Source: Naegleria gruberi (taxonomy: Eukaryota). From it: a stretch of DNA of 64,000 nt. Position 1 is the first letter of the stretch; every line of letters begins with the position of its first letter. The stretch lies in assembly GCA_000004985.1 (NCBI GenBank), contig GG738865.1. The stretch is one strand, 5' to 3'. The position numbers and the translations under genes were made by a program. The notes below the pieces were generated by a model. The model ran no database searches. It was not told where the DNA came from and saw only the letters and a program-made list of their open reading frames with translations. Shown here in pieces: positions 39,718 to 53,100 of this stretch.

Positions 39718-42548
39718 ATGTCTTTTGGGCGCTACAACCAAACCTACCAAGAAGAGGAGGAAGATAGAATTGGAGACGTGGAAGAGGAGGAAGCCGACGA
39801 AGAAGAAGAAGAGGAAGGAGGTTTTGGAAATCCATATGATGATACTTCATTTGAGGATACTAGTCATTCAAAGCAATCCCCTTCATCATCATCACAAAAT
39901 AATGCAAGAAGTGTCTACTCTCCAAGTGCTAGTTATAATAGTATCCCTAATCAGAGTTCAACATCGTTTAATGCCTCATCTTCAACAATGAATGGTTCGT
40001 TATTTACGAGTTCTCACACCAAATTGCCACCAGTCAATGGAGCAACACCAGCATCAACAACACCAACTAATTATCAAACCAATATCGATCTAAGAAATAG
40101 CAATGTTACTAACAAGGAGAATATTAACAATTCTTATGAAGCAACATCGGCTAGGAGTGATCGTTCTACTTACAAGCCATTTACTTATAATCCTCTTCCT
40201 TACCCAACTTCTGCCCACACCCCTTCCACAAATCAACCTCAATCTGTTCCCTACCCTTATGAACCACATGCCCCTCCATCCATTCACTCTGATAGATCTC
40301 TCAAGAGAAAGGAATCATCGGATGAATTATTTGAGGTGATGAATCATCACCACAATGATGTCAACAACACATCAACAGATTACTTTACAAATCGCCCAAG
40401 AAGTGCTGGGAGACCTTCATCTGCCTCTACGCGTCCTTCAAGTGCAGGCTCTACTAGGTCAAAAGTTAATCCCTCTCAATACAAGCTCTCACACATCCCA
40501 ACACCTAAGCAATTTCCAATTGCCTCTTCAAGAAGCACCAATAGTGTTTTAGAGAAGAATACACTCTCTAAAAAACAAGTTGTACAAAATTATTTATCTA
40601 CTGCAAACAAGAGTATGAAAAAGAGAACAATTCCTACCAACTTTTTCAAAGATCCAGAAGGAATGTATATGGATTTGCAAGAATTAAGACAAGAGGTCGC
40701 TATACTAAGAAGAGATAATCAATCACTAAGGACAGCTGCTCAAAAATCAGAAGCTGACAGTACTAGAAAACAAAAGCAAGTGGAGGAGCTACTGAGAGCT
40801 CATGCCCTTGTCGAAACTAAGGGAACAAGATATGAGAATCTTTTCAAGGAAGTCAATGTAAGTACAATATTAGAGACTCGAATTTAACTCGAAAATTATA
40901 GCTTGTGAAGAGCTTGAAATCAAGAATAAGAGAACTTGAAAAGAACCTAAGTGAAAAGGAAAATGAGTTCCAAAGAATTAAATTGGACAGTAGATACACC
41001 AGAGTGAGAGAATTGGAAACTGAATTAAAGGCATACTATACTGAATCAAGAAGACTTCAAAAGGTTGTGGAAGATTTGGAATTGGAAAAGCAGGAACTTG
41101 AAGTGATTGATGAGGAAAATGAAAAATTAAGTCGCCAAAACGTGAAACTAAGAGAACTAATTGTAAAAATGAAACAAGTTCAAGATTATTATAAGGAACA
41201 AAACGAGTCCATTTCTGAAGAGTTGAGATATGTGAGAGACAATAATGGTGCTTCATCTAGGTTATCAGCGCAAGAACATCAAATTGATGACATGTCCAGA
41301 ACGATACATGAACTCAATGAAAGGTTGTCAGAGTATGATCAACAATTGACAGATACAAAGAAAGCAAATGCAGAACTGCAAAGCATTAGTGATGGAATTC
41401 AATTTGATAACAACTCTCTGAGGAAAGAGAACAATGACATGAAAAAAGCAATCGAAGAACAAAAACAAAATTACGAAAGAAAACTCGCAGAAAAAGATAA
41501 TGCTATTACAGAGCTGGGCAAACAGCAGGAATCATATTCACATCTCAGATCGAGTGTGGTGACTGTAGAACAGAGAGTGACAGAGAAGGAGAAGGAATGT
41601 CAATTCCTTACTGCCACACTTAAGGAAAAGACCGATTTGTTAAGTGCCAAGAATCAAGAAATTCTAACACTAAGAAGCAAGATGGAAGGTGTTGAAGAGC
41701 AAAATAATACCCTCATGACCAAATTCAAAGACATGAAAACAATGAATCTCAAATTGTTGGATGAAGTGGCAAATTTACAAAACAAGCTTGCCAATTCAGC
41801 CATGAACACTCCTCCACCAGTGCCAATCCAACCTGTGCATAGCAGTGCTCACGAACAACCAGCCTATGAAGATGTTATTGATCCTGTTGATCTCGTTGAA
41901 TCACCAGAAATTAACTATTGCCCTCCAGAACCAATTGAGGAAGAGGAAGGACTACAACAACCTGAACAACATTCATCAGTCCCGCAAGTGGAACCATCAA
42001 ATGATACTCCAAACAATGTACAAGAGGTTGAAGAAGAAGAGGAACAACAACAAGACGATGACATTGGAGGAAATTACAGTTTTGAGGATGAGACAGAAGA
42101 TCAAGAAGAGTCAATTTACGATGCGGCAGCAACAAAGATTCAGAGATGTGCCAGAAGGTTCTTGGGAAGAAGAAGAAGGCAGAGAATAATATCAGATCGA
42201 GAGCAATTAAGACAAGAACAAGAACTTCAAGCACAACCAGAAGAATCAACGAATTATGAAGAAGAGCAACACCAACCTGTAACTGTTTTGGAAGAGTCCT
42301 ATCAAGAAGAACCGTCATTTGAAGAAGACCACCATGGTGGTGCAACATATGATGAGTTTGGAGGAATGGTTGACCATGACGAGCATGATTATTATGGAAC
42401 TGGTGATTCATTTGAAATGCAAGAAGATCAACACGAACCAATTAACTTTGATGACGATGATAGAAGCGAGGAACACAATTTCAATGATGATAACTTTGAT
42501 GACAATCACTACGATCATCACGATAGCTATGGTGATGATGAGTGGTAA
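39718..42548 (+). CDS. Coiled-coil protein with IQ motif and acidic termini, 2 exons (39718..40857, 40902..42548; intron GTAAGT..TTATAG 44 nt), about 929 aa
   Basis: Phase-0 join ...FKEVN|LVKSLKSRIRELEK. Extended heptad coiled coil. IQ-like AAATKIQRCARRFLGRRRRQRII. Ser-rich N-terminus and Asp/Glu/His-rich C-terminus. Confidence 0.7.
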
Positions 42549-42660
42549 AATAAATATTATTAATTCACTAGCTCTGTAATTTTTGAGGAACAATTAATCT
42601 AAAATACAAATTACATTTAGAATAAATAATTGGTGTTTATATAATACAGAGAAGAGAATT

Positions 42661-44259
42661 TTAACTTTGGTTTTCTTCGTTAGAACATGCATGTTCAGTA
42701 TAACCGCGAGAATACCAATCCTTTCTTGCCTTCTTGTGATCTTCCACAGTTCTGACCTTTCTAACAAATGGATTATATCCATCTGTAGTAATATAGTTCC
42801 ATAAAACTCCAGACCAAGAGTCCAAGTGATACATTTCCTGTACTTCTGATGAGTACTTATCATTTGAGTTGTCACCCTCTCTCTTCATACCAATAACATC
42901 CTCGAAACCATAATATTCAGGAGCAATGTGTCTCAAGAGTGGCAATTTGGTACATGGAATTCTTGGGAAATCGTGATGTTCATTATGATAACCAACATTG
43001 AACATGAACCAGTTAGCAGGTCCATAGTATGAGTATGTTTCTTGTCCAGTCTTAGTCAACCAATGTTCAGAAATAAAGTGACCAGACAATGGATGAAGAC
43101 CCAAACCAAAGAGAGTAGCAATCAAACAATAAACAAGAGCTCTATAACCCCACATCATGACCAGAACTGAATCAAAAGTCAAAGTTACAACAATATTCAA
43201 AATTTCCCACTTGTTTGGAACCTTTGGAGAGACAAGTAATGGTTTGATACCATAAATCAAACCCAAAAAGATAATGTGAAGAATTTTCATGATTGGACCT
43301 CTCACATATCTGCCTTCATACTTGGTTGTGATATCAGCATCCAAACCAGGCACACCCAAATACAAATGATGTTCACTATGATATCTATTCGAAATGAATC
43401 ATCACATTGTATTTTGATGATGATTTCAAAAACAGAGAAAGCCGCCAATAATAACGAAAGTGCGGATTAAATCGTTAATATGTTTTCAAGTGCAAATGAA
43501 ATCAATAAGCGTAATTGATTAGTTGTTGTCCGCAATTTTCGTAATAAGCGTTTGGACAAATGAACCGGTATTTAAGCGCAGGTGTTGTTTTTCATCACCG
43601 CCAATCACAGATTTTTGCAAGTCAAAAGTATAAAGCAATTGAAAAGATAATTAATAATCAAATTGAATTGAGAATGAATAACTTACCTCTTGAAGGTCAT
43701 TGCAGAAGGAATGCCCATTGATAAATTGCAAAAGATTGCAAAGTAATAATTGTGTTCTAACTTTTCAAAACACATCCTAATTAGTAGAAATGAGTCGTTG
43801 GAAAATCATCATCATCATTGCAGAGTAGTAGTATGCATATTCATGAAAATGACCATCATCACACGATTAAAACAAACCAATTATCCAATAAACTTACCCA
43901 TGTGTAATTTCATGAATAGCAACTGTCATTGATTGAACAAAGGCACCACCAATAAGCCAAGCAGTCGGAATCAGCAACCACCAACTTCTATCCTTAACCA
44001 AGTAGCAAATTAAAAAGTGGAGAAGGACGAAAAAGATGCATTGCCACTTTGTTTCTGGATCATAGCCGAACAGTTTTTCAATTTGTGGATACTTCTTTAG
44101 CATTTCATACTTTCTTCTAAGATGAGGTTCTTCCTTGTTTGTCCAGACAAAATCATTTCTATTGAGAAGGTCTGGTTCAATGGTTGAGTAAGCATCCTGC
44201 GATGGAACCTTTTCTATGGCAGGCGTTGAAGGTGTTGATGAGGTTGATGAGGCTCTCAT
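42661..44259 (-). CDS. DEGS: Sphingolipid delta4-desaturase (DEGS/DES1 family), 3 exons (44259..43898, 43776..43687, 43384..42661; introns 121 nt and 302 nt)
   Basis: AIHEITHG|G-MCFEKLEHNYYFAIFCNLSMGIPSAMTFK|RYHSEHHLYLGVPGLDADI... aligns with DEGS1 [41 protein letters not shown]. C-terminal GYHNEHHDFPRIP histidine box. Both donors are GTAAGT. Confidence 0.8.
43385..43686 (-). other. Intron 2 of desaturase gene: longest intron in window (302 nt), relatively GC-rich, carries two CCGCCAAT elements (43441..43449, 43596..43605, plus-strand text) and a GGTGATGA C-box-like motif
   Basis: Boundaries fixed by protein alignment. Other introns in the window are 37-121 nt. Confidence 0.6.
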
Positions 44260-45066
44260 TGAAATTTCTTATTAGTATTTGAAATGTAAGCTGTTTGAAT
44301 ATGAAGTGAGTTGTGAATGATGATAACCAATCTATCAGCAGTTAGTGAGAAGTATTTGTGCTGTCTTACTTCAAAAGTCACCTGAATGTTTGGTTTTTTT
44401 TCAAATTGATTTCCTTCATCCAACTACCCTGTGTTGTGGATTATTTATGGACAATAACAAAAGAGAGACTATTGTCTTGGGACGTAAGTTTCCTTCATTG
44501 TCCTCTTCAGTGTCGTTCTTTCCTTGAAGCTCTCAAATGCGCCGGTGCAAGGAAGTTTTGATTTTCAAGTGGTCGCTTAATATTTAGTGCGGTCGAGCAT
44601 GAGAGAAGTGAGCGCATATTTGAGGAGCGAGGAATTTGTCATGTTTAATTTTCAAATACCGACGTTTTCATTTGGCGTTGTAAACGGATTTTGGAATGTT
44701 GCTTGGTTGACGAAGGATATTGGAATCAAATGATTAATATTTGGTGTTCCTTTTGATCAATGGAAGAAAGGAAGTATCATGTTGATGATTTTCTGAATCA
44801 ATTTCAATGTTGGAAGAAGGATTTGAGGTTGATGTATTTTTTGTGCAGAGAAGGCAAGACATTGATACATAATGGCTTTAAGCTAAATTTGAAAAATAGT
44901 CCTGCTTTGTAAAGGTGTACTAAAATGTCAAGGTTTATGTGACAACTACAGTTGGAAGACTTCCATTTTACGTGAGACAAAAGGATATGACCGTTTAAAA
45001 TGTGAAATAGAAATTACGCTGTTGTATGAATGGTAAATAGAAATAAGCGTCCAGTGTTTGTGATCT

Positions 45067-48000
45067 TTATTGAAGGTTCTTAATGAATGAGTTTTCATAA
45101 GCATACCAATCTTCATCTTTGGATGCATAAGTTTCATCATCTAAATAACCAGCACCCTTGAAGGATCTATAGTATGGAATTTCACCAACAACACGTTCCT
45201 TTTCATCATACAACTTTTTAGTCCAGAACTTACTGGCCAAAGTCTTGTCCAATTTGGCACCTCTGAGTCCAATATTTTGTTTACAAATTTCCAAACAACC
45301 ACCATTCATACTAATGTTGGTTCTAATCTTTTGTCTGTATTCACCAAGCTTGGCATCCTTAGTGAAAGGTTTTGGATAGTATGACAAATGTTCTCTGAGT
45401 TCAGCAAACTCTTCACATTCATCCATGAGAGCTCCAGTTCTATCCTTACCACTCTTGCAATTGTAGTGAATTTGTTCACCAATAATAAAGGACAAGAGAA
45501 CAACTCTAACTGGAATAGCATATGGATCTCCGACTTTAACTTCATCAGATTCCATAATACCTTGATTGAATTTTTCATGTTGCTTGGAGTGGTACAAATT
45601 CTTGAGAGAACCAAACAGTTCATACATGTCTCTTTCCAAATTACAAAATTCGTAATATTCTTGCCAGTGAGGAATAGGAGGAAGTTGAGGTTGTGAAGCT
45701 CTTGCATTGGATACGCTTGTATACAAACTCTTCAAAAAATGTTGCTCCAATTCTATCAATTCGTCATAACTATTCTCCCATTTAAGGTCAATATTGTGAA
45801 TCTTATCAATCATAGAGTCCATATCGTTAACCAAGAACATAATATCTTTCAAGTAGGTAAATTCAACAGAGGTAATGTCATCAAACTTTGGCAACCATTT
45901 TTCGTTAATTCTCTTTTCCAATTCTTTTTGTTTCTTTTGCAAATCAAATTCTAAAGGAGTCAATTCTCTGATAGCAGCTGCATGTTTTTCTCTCATTACA
46001 GCATAGACATTATTAATTCTTGTCAACTTGTTGACCAATGCTTGAACATACATGTTACCATCTCTAGAGTTTGTGAAAATACCAGTAATATAATTCATGA
46101 TTGCACCTCTGATAGTATTCTTATATTCACCGAGAGCAAGCATAAATCTTTGAACCTTCTTTTCAAATTGTCTAATACCAAATTGTCTACAATTAACTGA
46201 TCTTTGAATACCAACACCACACTTGAATGTCTTGATAATAACATTGACACCAAAGTTCAAAAGACAAGGTTCATGGAAAATAATAGGCATGTCAATAGGT
46301 GGTTGTCTATCGTATAAATCTACAAGTACAGATGGTAACAAGTTATTTTGAAGTACATGATAAATAGCACCTTGATGTTCCATAACTTGTCTGTCTTCTC
46401 TGTTTTGAACAAATGAAGGAGTCAAGAGACTGATTGTAGTGAATGGAATCTTGAGTGGTTCTTGTCTTTGTTTGAGTCCTTCTAATTCTTCTCTGGTAAA
46501 TCTCTTTACATGATTTACTGCCATGGCCTTGAGCATTGTCTTGGCATTTTCAATGGCAATAGCTTGTCTTTGCTTCTTATCTTGTAACTTGTAGGCTGGG
46601 AAAGAACCTGATCTCATCATTTCTAAAATAACTCTTCCTCCCTTAAGGTAGACACTCTTGTAAGGATTAATTAGACCTTCTCTGTGTCTGTCGCGAGATG
46701 TCTTCAAGCCCTCATTAGTGAACGAATAAGAGTCAAACAATTTGTTAATTGGAATTTGAACAGAATATGAAAGGGAGGCTTCTTGTTTGTTAACTGTAAT
46801 ATCATTCTTATCGAGAGAGATATCAACTGCTCTATTTTTGACAAAGTACAATTCTTGTACCATGATTTTTCTTGGTTTGGAGCTCATAGTAAAGCCAAAT
46901 GCCAATCTAAAAGCATCAAAAACATCATTCATAGATGATTTGAAGAATGATGCCATTGATTGAAGATTTGAAACATCCTTATCAGACATTTTCATCTTGG
47001 TTTTCAATAAATTAGACATTTCCATATTAGATTCAAGCAACAATCGTACAATTTGTCTCTTGAAGGATAAAATCAAATGTTCAAACTTTTTCTTATCATT
47101 AAAATCAATTTCATCGAAAGGACTCACATAAAGCTCAGAACAGAAGTAGGTGAAAATCTTGTGGGCTTGGGAAAATCTATTGAAGGCATTCTTACCAATA
47201 TTACTGCATTCAGCTTCGATTACTCTATATTTGATATCTGGGAATGTAATTTTAACTTCTTGAATTAATTCCAAAATGTAACGTTGAGCAACAGATAGTA
47301 AAAGATCACCATAAGCTTGAAGATGATATCTTTGAGTACTCAAAAAGACATCTTCATCAATAAATCTATTAAAACTCAACTCATTTGTCTCATAACCAAG
47401 AATCTTTTGTGACTTGTCAAGTTGGAATGGCTTTGTTGTTTGTGTGGCCTCGTACAAGAGTTTTGATACAATAACCCAGAAATTAAGGGCCATTCTTCTT
47501 GGTCTAACTGAGAATTGGTTTGGATTGAGTGGAGGAGGAATGTTCTTCTTTCTTTCCTCTTCCAACATTTCTAATTCTCTTCTCTTTCTCTCTTCCTCTT
47601 CTTCTTGAAGTCTTCTCTTTCTTTCCTCTTCTTCAATTTGTTGTTGGAGATAGAGTTCATATTGGGTCCAATCTTGTGGATCTTCTGTTATTGTTACATA
47701 GTTTACAAAATCTACATTGCTTAATTTAATTCTCTCATTAAGCTTTTCCTTGTAGTCATTACATTTTTCTTCATTGCTTAAATAGGTTTCAACGAGATGC
47801 CAATAAAAGTTATTATTATTTGTTCCATCTTCAAATTCAGAAACATCAATTTCTGATTCATCATTAATCAAACGATCCAATATTACTCTTCTTCCCCTGT
47901 TGAGCCATTCATTAAATTTAATTCTAATGTTATCTTCAATTTCAGATGCTACAAAATCAGTAATTTCTGGTATTGGAGTATTGCTAACAACAGATACCCA

Positions 48001-49976
48001 TCTACTGTCAATTTTTGGAGGATTTTGGAAGTCAATATTATTGGCATTGTGAGGATCAAATGCAGTGAGTGCATATTGAATAACACTACTATATGGGAAA
48101 AATTGTTCATACTTGATAGCCAATCCAGGATCAGGTCGTTTGAAAACTTCAAATGTGAATGGATCAAGATATGGTATCAAATCATCAGTTTGGTTGACTG
48201 TCATTTTGAGATTATATTTTCCAGGGAGTGGGAAATGAACCTCAACTTCATATTCTCCATTTTGGAAGTCATTAATAACGACCTGATTCTTTAAATTGTT
48301 AATAACAACTCCTTCCTCAGAAATGAAGGAAAATTCTGGATAGAATTTATCTCCACCACGAGTACAATAATTTCCAAATTGATCTCTAGCATAGATTTTG
48401 AATTTGATTCTTTGACCTTCAAAGAATGGACCTTGCATTTGTTCGTACTCGTCTACCACTTCACAATTCTTACCATATGCTTCACCAGGCACAACCCTAA
48501 CAGGTTTAATGCTAGGATGTGTAAGTTTCAATTTACCATCCAACTTGATATCAATATTATATTTACCAATAATTTCTGGCACAAAATCAACCTTATAAAT
48601 TCCATTTCCAAGATCTGTTACTGTTCCCTGGATAGTTTCTTCTGGATCATTGTCATTTTCCTTAATTCTTGTTAGTGTTACAGTGAAAACCTCTCCACCA
48701 GTTGTAATATCATCACCATTTTGGTCTTTGGCAACTATTTCAAATGTGTTGACCTTTCCTACAATAGCAGTTTGACAACCTCTGCCTCTTATTATACATT
48801 GTTCTGGGTCTATCATTTCCAGATCGCCTTCAATTGTTATATTGTCTTGCTTTATAGGTTTGATGTCTAATTTGGCACCAACTTTTAATTTGTTGAATCT
48901 GTCCAATAGCGATGAAGCCTTGTTAACAGGTTTTTGTTGTTTTGGTGTTACTTGTTGTTCTTCATCCTCTGGTTGTTTAAAATTAAAGTTTAGCTTTATA
49001 TCCACGTTTCTTTGTTCCAACTTTTTAAATTCTTGTTCTACCCTATCAAGTTTAGATTTTGAAAACTTTAATCCAGATTTTGACAAGTCTTGTATTCTCT
49101 TAGAAGCATCAATTCTTCCTGATTTCCACAAAAAGTGAGCCAAAGCATGAATGCAGTGGACCACCTTGGTAATATTCTTCCTTTCCCATAAATCTGTTCT
49201 TATTGTTATTGAAAAGTTAATAACAAAATACTAACCTGGTGTAGAAAATTGATAAATGGAAGGGAAGTTAATCTTCTCACAACAATCTTGGAAATTGTTG
49301 ATATTATCTGTTGACATCATGAAAGCTAATTTACTTTCCAAATTAACATTCTTGTGATACTTTTTCATGGTATTCTTCTCTGTGAATACTTCTGAAAGTC
49401 TACACAATACAATACCATTACGTAATTGATCGAAAAAGTCTACATTTCTAGCCTCTGCTTTTTCAGCGTTTGATGATGAAGTTGAATAATTATAGCCTTG
49501 TTTCAAGTCTTCCGAAACATCCTCATCATCCATATCATCGAAGAAGATTTGTTCATCTAACATGTCTTCAATCCACCTCTTTGCTGTTGTAATATTAATA
49601 ATTAATAATAACATGATTAGTAACAAAAGCAATCAACATGACAAGTCACCAATTGATCATTAGTTAAATAATCATAAAATTTTCACTACTAACCTTCCTC
49701 TTGTCTTAACAAAAATTCATATGCTCTAAATTCAGTGATTGTGGCTTGAATATTGGATTTTCCTTCTTCACCAATTCCTTGAAAGGTAGGACGTTGGTAT
49801 GTTTGCCAAGCTTTGGATGCGTTCTTCATAATTTCTCTTTCGGTTGGTTCATCAGATGTTGTTGATGTTGATGTTGTAGTATTATTATTACTATTATTTG
49901 TTCCTCTATTTAAAGAAGGAACTGGAGGTCGATTATTAGATCCACCATTGGTATTAGGAGGTGGAAATCTGACCAT
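45067..49976 (-). CDS. Giant multidomain protein (about 1590 aa): IQGAP-type calponin-homology domain, filamin/ABP-type Ig repeats, long helical middle region with EEERKRR coiled coil, C-terminal inositol-polyphosphate 4-phosphatase/SopB-IpgD-like CX5R domain. 3 exons (49976..49694, 49583..49236, 49193..45067)
   Basis: CH domain spans both introns: ATITEFRAYEFLLRQEE|AKRWIEDMLDE...LRNGIVLCRL...INFPSIYQFSTP|DLWERKNITKVVHCIHALAHFLW, very close to the IQGAP CH. Filamin-like IIRGRGCQTAIVGKVNTFEIVAKDQNGDDITTGG. Active-site-like HYNCKSGKDRTGALMD. Introns GTTAGT..ACAG (110 nt) and GTTAGT..AACAG (42 nt), both phase 1. Confidence 0.7.
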
Positions 49977-50161
49977 TGTTGTTTTGGGTGGACTGTTGGT
50001 ATTTTCTTTTGATGATTTAAAATGTTCATTAGAATGAAGTCGTATTGGTTTTGAATCAAATTAGAACCAAAGGTAAAAGGAACAGCGTTTGATATTACAT
50101 AAACAACAAACTGATAGTCCTCGTATACGAATGGACAGTAGCCATGTAAAGCAAAAAGGAA

Positions 50162-53100
50162 TTATTGATTTTTATTGTCAAGCAAATGTTCTAGTTGGGA
50201 ACATGTTTCCTGCGCTTTTTGGGTTTCAATTTGATTTTGAGAAAGTTTGTCTTCAATTTGTTGCTTAACTTCTGGTGGAAGATTTGGATGCACTTGTTTG
50301 AGATATTTGGCTTTTACAGAGGCAAGTTGTTCAATCTTCTTTTGCCACTTTTCAATCTCCTTTTCTAATTGGAACTCATCTGGTAAAACAAGTTGAGTCA
50401 TTACTGTTCCTTGAGGAGTGGAGAATGCAGTTGCTGTAAGATAGAGTGTATGTTTGTGTTTCTTAGATTCTTCTTCAGTTATAAATTTGATTGAGGTGAA
50501 TTTGGTGAGGGTTTGAATAATCTTAATGTCATTCTCTGAAAGATTGAAAGCAGTTGTGGAAGATCCTTGATAGAAAATATAGGCAGTCAACTCGGATTTG
50601 GATGGTAATTGAAGATTTTGTTTCATAGATCTTAATTGTTGTACAATTTGGAGAATCTTGTCCATCTTTTCTGTAATTAGTTGTTTGGATGATCCAATTT
50701 CAAGAATTGAACCAATTTCATCAGCAGTGAATGAGGTTGGATAGGAACATTCCAAAATACTACTGGTTGGAATGTAGCTAGAGTTCTTATTAGACAACTT
50801 GGCATAGAGAGCATTGTTTTCTCCATTCAAAGGGCAACAATGATACAACTCTTCAGTTATGAATGGCATGTAAGGATGTAAGAGTTTTAAAACAGTAACT
50901 AAACAATAATTTAGGGTGTGGAGAGTATTTTCGATAAGTGGAGTCATTGTGTTAGAACTGTGGAGAATTGGCTTGACAATTTCTAGGTAATTATCACAGA
51001 ATTGATAGATGAAGAATTGATAAATAGAGGTACAACCATCACTAAACATAAAGTTATCAATGGAATTTCTGGTAACATCAATTGTTTCACTGAGATTGAG
51101 TAAAATCCATTGATTTTGAAGTACTTGTTGCGATTTTTCAAGACTTGCAAAGGATTTCAACAATAATTCAGACAAGTTTTCATCATTTCCTGGTACGCTA
51201 TAGTTGAATCTCTCAAAGTGGGATAAGCAAAATCTTGCAGATTGCCAAATCTTATTACACAAATGTCTATTGGATTGAGCACGCATAACATCCAAATTAA
51301 TTTGTCTTCCTTGTTGAGTGTATTGAATGAGAGTAAATCTGAGTGCATCAGTTCCACATTGAGGAATACCATTAGGGAATTCTTGTTGAACACCTTGTAA
51401 GGCTTTCTTCATTTCTTGTTTGGTAATGTTTGTATTCTTTTCAATGCCTCTCTTTAAATCTTCAAAGGTGGTTCCTTTTATCATATCAATAGGGTCAATT
51501 ACGTTACCAAGACTTTTAGACATCTTTCTGCCTTGTTTGTCTCTAACCATAGAGTGGAGGTAAATTTCATTGAAGGGTTTTTCCTTATTATCGGACAAGT
51601 AAGTGCAAAGCATGACCATTCTTGCAACCCAAAAGAAGAGAATGTCACTTCCTGTTTCCATGACAGAACTAGGATATCTGTAATCCAAGTCCTTGAGTAC
51701 ATTTTCACTTCTTGAAGGCCATCCAAAGGCTGCCAATGGATAAAGTCCAGATGAGAACCAAGTATCCAAAACGTCTTCATCTTGTTCCAATACAAAGTTA
51801 GAGAAATTTGGAACGTTCTTTTGAAGGATAGAAATGGCTTCTTCCTCCTTATGGGCTACAATCCAAATATTTTCAATGTTTGAAGAATTCTTATTGGAAT
51901 ATTCCATAATGAACGATTTTTCCTTTCTGAGTTCCTCCATTAAAGGTTCCAATTTGGAAAGGTCTCCAACCAATTTAAAGGCAGGAATTCTGTGACCCCA
52001 CCACAATTGTCTTGAAATACACCAATCATGAATATTTTCGAGCCAGTTATTCCATGTGGTCTTGTGATAGGATGGATGGATTAAAATTTCATTATTGTTG
52101 ACAAGGTCGAGGGCTTTCTTTGCCAAACTGTCACATTTAACAAACCACTGATTGAGTAACATTGGTTCGAGAATGTCCTTGGATCTTGAACAGATAGGGA
52201 GTTCCATTTCGTGATCTTGTTCAGAAATGAAAAGTTCCATATCTTTAAGTTTGTCTACTAACAATTTTCTAACAATAAATCTATTCTTACCAGAAAATTC
52301 TACTGGTACTTGATCATTCAAAGAACCATCCTTATTGAGAATGGTAATAAATTCCAAACCATGACGTTTTCCACATTCAAAATCTTCAAATGAATGAGCT
52401 GGGGTAATCTTAACAGCACCTGTACCAATTTCCATATTTACCAATTTTTCATCACAAATAATTGGTACAGCTCTCTTTGAATCGAATGGATGCAAAATGA
52501 ACTTGTTATGGAAGTTTTTGTATCTTTCATCTTCTGGATGAATGGCAACAGCAGTATCTCCAAGCATGGTTTCCAATCTTGTTGTACTGACATTAATGTA
52601 TCCAATAATTTCTGTACTACCAGGAGATGAAATAACTGGGTATTTAAAGGTGTGCATTACACCAAAGTCAAATGATTTTTCTTCACAACTTGGAACCATT
52701 ACTTTAGTCTTTTTCTTGAGTGAAATATATTCCACTTCAATATCCGAAATTGCTGTATTTAATTGAGGACACCAATTGACAAGTTTGGCATCTCTGTAAA
52801 TGAGACCATCCCTTGCTAATCTTACAAAACATTCAAGAACAGCACTTGAAAATTGAGCATCCATAGTAAAGACTTTTCTACTCCAATCAGTCATGGAACC
52901 CATAGCCTTCATTTGATTATCAATTCTATTGCCATACTCTTCCTTCCATGACCAAACTCTCTTTAAAAATTCCTCTCTTCCTAAATCGTGTCTGGTCTTT
53001 CCTTCCTCTTTAGCAATTTTCTTTTCCACAGCAACTTGTGTTGAAATACCAGCATGGTCAACACCAGGAACCCACAATACATTGTATCCATTCATCTTTT

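Noticed and set aside
41911-42441. 176-aa ORF antisense to the coiled-coil/IQ gene (and similar antisense ORFs at 45306..45707 and 54375..54887)
   Set aside because: These are antisense reading frames inside strongly supported coding exons. Low-complexity H/L/V-rich translations are typical of antisense artefacts.
43681-43690. ACTTACCTC resembling the U1 snRNA 5-prime end
   Set aside because: It is the reverse complement of the desaturase intron-2 GTAAGT donor, not an snRNA gene.
44345-44561. Two overlapping 60-67-aa ORFs in the 800-bp intergenic region
   Set aside because: No domain, Cys/Leu-rich junk translation. The region is more likely promoter or 3-prime UTR.
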